Below are positions 57,213 to 61,814 of a stretch of 61,814 bases of DNA, one piece after another. This DNA is from an uncultured Ignavibacteriota bacterium (GTDB lineage: Bacteria > Bacteroidota > Ignavibacteria > UBA10030 > BY39). The notes below the pieces were generated by a model, which worked only from the letters and a program-made list of their open reading frames with translations, had not been told where the DNA came from and made no database searches. The position numbers and the translations under genes were made by a program. Positions within the stretch are counted from its first letter, which is position 1, and each line of letters begins with the position of its first letter. The stretch lies in assembly GCA_947085285.1 (NCBI GenBank), contig CAMTVZ010000165.1, positions 1 to 61,814 on the forward strand. The letters are read 5' to 3'.

Positions 57213-58349
57213 ATGGCTGGTATATATTTACATATTCCGTTTTGTGAACGCAAGTGCATATATTGCGATTTCTATTCTGAAACAAATCAAAACCACTATA
57301 ATGTGTTTGTAAAATTATTATTAAAAGAAATCGAGCTCTATAGCGATTATCATAACCTTGAAGAAATACAAACTATTTATTTTGGAGGCGGTACGCCAAG
57401 TTTGCTTCCATCAACAAAAATAGCTGAAATTTTAAATTTTATAAGAAAATATTTTAAGGTGAATAACCTTGCCGAAATTACTCTCGAAGTAAATCCCGGT
57501 ACTGTTGATCTCAAAAAACTTACAGAATATAAAAATTCAGGAATCAATCGTTTGAGTATTGGGGTTCAATCGTTTAACGACGACGACTTAAAATTCCTTT
57601 CACGTATTCATTCTGTTGAGGATGGAATCAGATGTATTTCGGATGCGAAAGAAGCAGGCTTCGAAAATATCAGTATCGATTTGATTTATTCACTACCGAC
57701 ACAAACGATATCGACTTTAATTTATAATCTTCAGAAAGCAATTGATGCTAATGTTAATCATATTTCCGCTTACAGTTTGATTGTTGAGGATGGTACGGAG
57801 TTGCACCGATTAATACAAAATAAAACTATCTCAACAGTCGACGAAGCAATCGAAACGCAGATGATGGAACTTACAATTGATATGTTGAAATCGGCTGGTT
57901 TTGAACACTACGAAATATCGAATTTTGCCAAACCGGGCTACTTCTCGAAACATAACACTAATTATTGGAATCATTCGAACTATTTAGGGCTCGGTCCCTC
58001 TGCTCATTCTTTCTGGATAAACAAACGCTGGTGGAATGTTGATACGATATTCAATTATTTTAACCGTCTTGAAAATAATATGCTACCGATTTCTGAAACT
58101 GAAAATTTAAATACCGAACAATTAATTAACGAAAAATTTATGTTGGGTTTACGCAGTAAAGGTGTAGATTTTAAGATTTTGAATAAAGAATTCAATTATG
58201 ACTACAAGTTACAATGTGGAAATCTAATACATCAACTCACATCGAATAAATTAGCTACATTCGAAGATGATCGTCTAATGCTCACAAAAAATGGAATTAT
58301 GATTGCTGATGAAATAAGTAGGATGTTCATTTTGCGAAATTCTGTATAA
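57213..58349 (+). CDS. hemW: radical SAM family heme chaperone HemW (HemN-like, oxygen-independent coproporphyrinogen oxidase family)
   Basis: 378 aa with YLHIPFCERKCIYCDF (CxxxCxxC), FGGGTPS, RLSIGVQSF and the HemN C-terminal domain. Confidence 0.85.
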   Translation: MAGIYLHIPFCERKCIYCDFYSETNQNHYNVFVKLLLKEIELYSDYHNLEEIQTIYFGGGTPSLLPSTKIAEILNFIRKYFKVNNLAEITLEVNPGTVDLKKLTEYKNSGINRLSIGVQSFNDDDLKFLSRIHSVEDGIRCISDAKEAGFENISIDLIYSLPTQTISTLIYNLQKAIDANVNHISAYSLIVEDGTELHRLIQNKTISTVDEAIETQMMELTIDMLKSAGFEHYEISNFAKPGYFSKHNTNYWNHSNYLGLGPSAHSFWINKRWWNVDTIFNYFNRLENNMLPISETENLNTEQLINEKFMLGLRSKGVDFKILNKEFNYDYKLQCGNLIHQLTSNKLATFEDDRLMLTKNGIMIADEISRMFILRNSV

Positions 58350-58387
58350 TAATCTATATTTAAGCAAATATAAAATATGAGGAAGTA

Positions 58388-61081
58388 ATGCAACAAAAGA
58401 ACTGGTATCATAGAGTTACTGCAATCGGAGTTTTATTAACTTCGTTTATTGTTTATTACATAACAACACCCCCAACTTTAACATTTTGGGATGTTGGCGA
58501 ATTTATTGCAGCTGCATTTTTATTACAGGTCCCCCATCCCCCGGGTTCACCCTTTTTCTTACTTATAGGCCGCATCGCAAGCATGATTCCTGTTTCGGGC
58601 GATATAGCTGTAAGAGTTCATTTGATATCGGGGATTTCAAGCGCTCTTACTGTTATGTTCCTTTATTTAATTGCAGTCAGATTGATTGTATCGTTCCGTG
58701 GTAACCCTACTTCATTGTTAGATAAATTCATAGTCTATGGTGCCTCTGCAATTGGGGCTTTATCATTAGCTTTTGGAACTACTTTCTGGTTCAATGCTAC
58801 CGAAGCTGAAGTTTACGGTTTGAGTATGCTCTTTGTATCAATTATTATTTGGTTAATAATGCGCTGGTACGACCATCATCAGGAACCGCACAACGAAAAA
58901 TATATCTTCTTAATCGCATATCTTATAGGGCTATCTATCGGTGTCCACTTATTAGCGGTTCTTACTGTGTTCACGGTGGCAATGATTTACTATTTCAGAA
59001 AATATGAATATCAGACTAATTCGTTTATTAAATTGGGTATTATTTCTGTCATTATTTTCTACGGAATATATCCCGGTATAGTTAAATATTTCCCGATAAT
59101 GTTGAATGGAGAATTCGGAGGAATAAAGAACGATTTAATTTCCTATATTCCTGTTTTAATGATCCTCGGTTCTTTCTACGGAATCTATTATTCCATACAA
59201 AATAAGAAAAAGATTTTGAATATTACTTTAATTTCTTTTTTACTAATAGTAATAGGGTATTCAACTTACACATTGGTTCTTATCAGGGCAAATGTTCCCG
59301 ATATGCCAATGAACGAAAATGATCCGAGTAATTTAGAACGACTTGTAAGTTACTTAAGTCGCGAACAATATGGCGATGCCCCTGTGATGCAACGACGCTA
59401 CAGTCAGGAACCTATGCACGCAGAAACCTGGCAAAATTATACAAGCGATATGGATTTTATGTGGCGCTATCAAATCAATCATATGTATAACCGATATCTC
59501 CTTTGGAATTATGTAGGAATGGAAGGCGACTGGCAGGATGCAGGTGTTAGCTGGAAATATACTTTCGGAATCCCTTTCTTAATCGGTTTGCTCGGTATGT
59601 ATTATCATTTCCGCAAGGACTGGAAAATGGCTTTGCCTTTTCTTACGATGTTCATAGTAATGGGAGTTGTGTTAGCCCTTTATCAAAATCAGCAGCAACC
59701 ACAACCGCGTGAACGCGATTATTTTTATGTCGGTTCATTCTTTGTCTTCTCAATCTGGATTGCATTAGGTATAGTTGCTATAATCGACTTTATTAAAACA
59801 TTTTTAAAGAAACCTAATTTGTTTTCAATAGGCACCAGCGGAGTTCTTGCATTATTTTTCTTCGTTATTCCTGTCAATTTTTTAAAAATCAACTGGCACG
59901 AGCGCGATAGAAGTAATAATTATGTAGCTTGGGATTATTCCTACAATATTCTTCAAACTTGCGAGAAGGATGCAATCCTATTTACTAACGGTGATAACGA
60001 TACATTTCCACTCTGGTATCTCCAGGATGTAGAAGGAGTTCGCCGCGATATTCGAATTGTGAATTTAAGTTTGGTGAATACAAACTGGTACATTAAGCAG
60101 CTGAAAAATTACCGACCGCACGGTGCTAAAAAAGTTGCTATCAGTTTTACCGATTCACAAATCGACCAACTTCAACCTATCGTTTGGGAAACCCGACAGA
60201 TGCACATACCTGTGCCAAAAGAGGTTTTCGAAAAATTTGGTGTTACCGATACTGCTTTAATAAACAAAGGGAGAATATCTTTCACAATGCCGCATACAGT
60301 TACCTTCGGCGAGCATAAGGTTATCCGCGTGCAAGATATTATGGTGCGAGATATTGTAATGTCGAACAAATGGGAACGACCGATTTATTTTGCTACAACA
60401 GTATCGCCTGATAGTAAAATTGGATTAGATGAATATATGTGGATGGATGGTTTGGCTTGGCGATTAAAACCAATTGCTGCATCGCAGGAAACTGCTATTC
60501 ACCCAAACATTATGGAGGCTAATTTTATGTCCGAAAATGTTGTTCCGTCGAAAGAACCACAATACGGTTACCTCTATCGTGGATTAAATGATACTACTAC
60601 TTATTTCGACGAAAATATTACACGCCTAACGGTGAACTATCGTTCGGGTTTCGTAAGGTTGGCTCTACACTATTTCAACGTTGAGAAGAATAACGAAAAA
60701 GCATTGAAAGTTCTAAATCGGATGGAAGAAGTGATACCTCTGAAAGGGGTCCCGTTCGACTGGCGGTTAGCTTCGGATGTTATGACGATTTATTCGCGAC
60801 TGGGTGATTTTGAAAAACGAGATATGTACGCTGATTATTTAGAGAAAGAATGCTGGAAAATGATTAATGCAAATCAAGGCGATATGAATTCCTACTACAA
60901 TCCATACCGTGTGCTACTTGATATTTACCAGGAAAAGAATAACTATGAAAAAGCAATCGAAGTTCTAAATCGCATTGCAGTATTCTATCCGAACGATCCT
61001 TCAATCAGAAACCGGATTACAGAATTACAGGCTATGCAAAAAGCTGCTGCCGAGCAAAAAGATTCGGTCCCGAAACAATAA
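58388..61081 (+). CDS. DUF2723-type polytopic membrane protein (PMT/GT-C-like putative glycosyltransferase) with C-terminal TPR-like region
   Basis: 897 aa. WDVGEFIAAAFLLQVPHPPGSPFFLLIGR is the DUF2723 hallmark. It has about 11 TM segments, a soluble domain, and helical repeats at the C-terminus. Confidence 0.7.
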   Translation: MQQKNWYHRVTAIGVLLTSFIVYYITTPPTLTFWDVGEFIAAAFLLQVPHPPGSPFFLLIGRIASMIPVSGDIAVRVHLISGISSALTVMFLYLIAVRLIVSFRGNPTSLLDKFIVYGASAIGALSLAFGTTFWFNATEAEVYGLSMLFVSIIIWLIMRWYDHHQEPHNEKYIFLIAYLIGLSIGVHLLAVLTVFTVAMIYYFRKYEYQTNSFIKLGIISVIIFYGIYPGIVKYFPIMLNGEFGGIKNDLISYIPVLMILGSFYGIYYSIQNKKKILNITLISFLLIVIGYSTYTLVLIRANVPDMPMNENDPSNLERLVSYLSREQYGDAPVMQRRYSQEPMHAETWQNYTSDMDFMWRYQINHMYNRYLLWNYVGMEGDWQDAGVSWKYTFGIPFLIGLLGMYYHFRKDWKMALPFLTMFIVMGVVLALYQNQQQPQPRERDYFYVGSFFVFSIWIALGIVAIIDFIKTFLKKPNLFSIGTSGVLALFFFVIPVNFLKINWHERDRSNNYVAWDYSYNILQTCEKDAILFTNGDNDTFPLWYLQDVEGVRRDIRIVNLSLVNTNWYIKQLKNYRPHGAKKVAISFTDSQIDQLQPIVWETRQMHIPVPKEVFEKFGVTDTALINKGRISFTMPHTVTFGEHKVIRVQDIMVRDIVMSNKWERPIYFATTVSPDSKIGLDEYMWMDGLAWRLKPIAASQETAIHPNIMEANFMSENVVPSKEPQYGYLYRGLNDTTTYFDENITRLTVNYRSGFVRLALHYFNVEKNNEKALKVLNRMEEVIPLKGVPFDWRLASDVMTIYSRLGDFEKRDMYADYLEKECWKMINANQGDMNSYYNPYRVLLDIYQEKNNYEKAIEVLNRIAVFYPNDPSIRNRITELQAMQKAAAEQKDSVPKQ

Positions 61082-61102
61082 TTTTTTGTAACCGACTAAA
61101 GC

Positions 61103-61814
61103 GTGAAGATATTAATTTTTAACTGGCAGGATATCCGAAATCCCCTTTCGGGTGGAGCTGAAGTTCACTTGCACGAAATATTTTCACGCATTGCTCAGTT
61201 AGGGCATGAAGTTACTCTCTATTGTTCATCATTTAAGGGGGCAAAGCGAGAGGAAAATATTGGCGGCATTCGGGTCATCAGAGAAGGGGGGCGTTATCTT
61301 TTTAATTTCCGTGTTGTTTATAAATACTTAACAAAGTTTCGAAAAGAAAATTATGATATCGTTATCGATGATATGAACAAGATACCTTTTTTTACCCCCC
61401 TCTATGTTCGTAAGCCTTTATTCTTTATTCTTCATCATCTCTTTAACAAAAGTATATTTTTAGAAGCCCCTTTGCCAATGGCACTCTATGTTTATTTAAT
61501 GGAAAAAATTGGTATTTATGTTTGTAAAAAAAAGGGGGTTCCAGTAATTGTAGTTTCACCAAGTACAAAAGCTGAGATAATTGAAAAAGGAATCAGCTCC
61601 GAAAAAATTTATTTTGCTTATAATTGTGTTGACCATAAGCTTTATAAGCCGGAAGAAAATAACAGAAGCTCAACAAAGTTAATCGGCTATTTCGGCAGGA
61701 TTAAGAAATACAAATCGATTGAACACTTGCTAAAAGCTTTTGCGATTGTAATCAAAGAATATCCTGATCTGCGGCTTGTTGTTATTGGCGACGGTGATAA
61801 CCGGATTAATCTGC
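61103..61814 (+). CDS. family-4 glycosyltransferase (5' part; runs off window end)
   Basis: GTG start. VKILIFNWQDIRNPLSGGAEVHLHEIFSRIAQLGHEVTLY is a GT4 N-terminal Rossmann domain. The frame is open to the window end. Confidence 0.7.
   Translation, partial: MKILIFNWQDIRNPLSGGAEVHLHEIFSRIAQLGHEVTLYCSSFKGAKREENIGGIRVIREGGRYLFNFRVVYKYLTKFRKENYDIVIDDMNKIPFFTPLYVRKPLFFILHHLFNKSIFLEAPLPMALYVYLMEKIGIYVCKKKGVPVIVVSPSTKAEIIEKGISSEKIYFAYNCVDHKLYKPEENNRSSTKLIGYFGRIKKYKSIEHLLKAFAIVIKEYPDLRLVVIGDGDNRINL

Noticed and set aside
56979-57312. ORFs of 75 aa and 80 aa on the plus strand between lepB and hemW.
   Set aside because: They are translations of the GC-rich palindromic element (PACRRQG..., RRSARRR...). 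The second runs out of frame into hemW. No RBS is present.
1-61814. tRNA, rRNA, riboswitch, transposase/integrase or prophage content.
   Set aside because: No T-arm/acceptor-like sequences were seen in any intergenic gap. The gaps are short, with the largest at 334, 267, 257 and 245 nt. No ORF has DDE, tyrosine-recombinase or serine-recombinase motifs or phage structural motifs.

Overview
This is 61.8 kb of AT-rich, densely coding bacterial chromosome. Spot counts of single 60-nt lines give roughly 28-40% GC. Strand polarity is completely split. Every credible gene in 1-36330 is on the minus strand and every one in 36576-61814 is on the plus strand. The two arms diverge at a 245-bp AT-rich spacer next to parA-parB. 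Gene content points to the FCB group (Bacteroidota / Ignavibacteriota-Chlorobiota-like); I cannot name the species. The supporting content is a T9SS C-terminal sorting domain, a complete moxR-DUF58-batABCDE aerotolerance-type operon, and proteins resembling DUF5683, DUF5916 and DUF2723. Clear Shine-Dalgarno sites are also present. All family calls come from motif recognition by eye; no searches were run.

Left arm (minus strand):
- prfA (partial), a DUF1385 protein and a flippase.
- nadC, interrupted by an in-frame TAG.
- A Trm112-like mini-gene missed by the ORF track, an acyl-CoA thioesterase and accA.
- A Wzx/Wzy-type exopolysaccharide locus of about 17 kb (5774-22749). It holds a GT2 fused to a degenerate phosphoglycosyl transferase, a Dpm1-like GT2, a DegT aminotransferase, an intact PGT, three GT4s, a methyltransferase, Wzy, Wzx, Wzz, Wza, rfbB and rfbC.
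- A sigma-54 signalling module: a Cache-HAMP histidine kinase, an NtrC-type activator, a near-consensus -24/-12 promoter, and an unusual REC-Cys4-REC protein.
- The 8-gene Bat operon.

Right arm (plus strand): a metallo-hydrolase, parA, parB, ridA, a T9SS cargo protein, spmAB, proline dehydrogenase, an OPT transporter, an orphan PqqD-like protein, an MNT/HEPN toxin-antitoxin pair, pepD, rlmD, a CBM9/DUF5916-like protein, marR, lepA, two tandem lepB genes, hemW, a DUF2723 membrane protein and a partial GT4.

I saw no rRNA, tRNA, CRISPR, transposase or integrase.

The items most worth follow-up are:
- the sigma-54-driven dual-receiver / four-cysteine protein;
- the GT2-dead-PGT fusion;
- about 190 nt of strict 7-nt-periodic (STRR-like) repeats read in frame as the N-terminus of a Bat-operon protein;
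- a GC-rich nested-palindrome element between lepB and hemW;
- in-frame stops in nadC and in an EPS-locus ORF.
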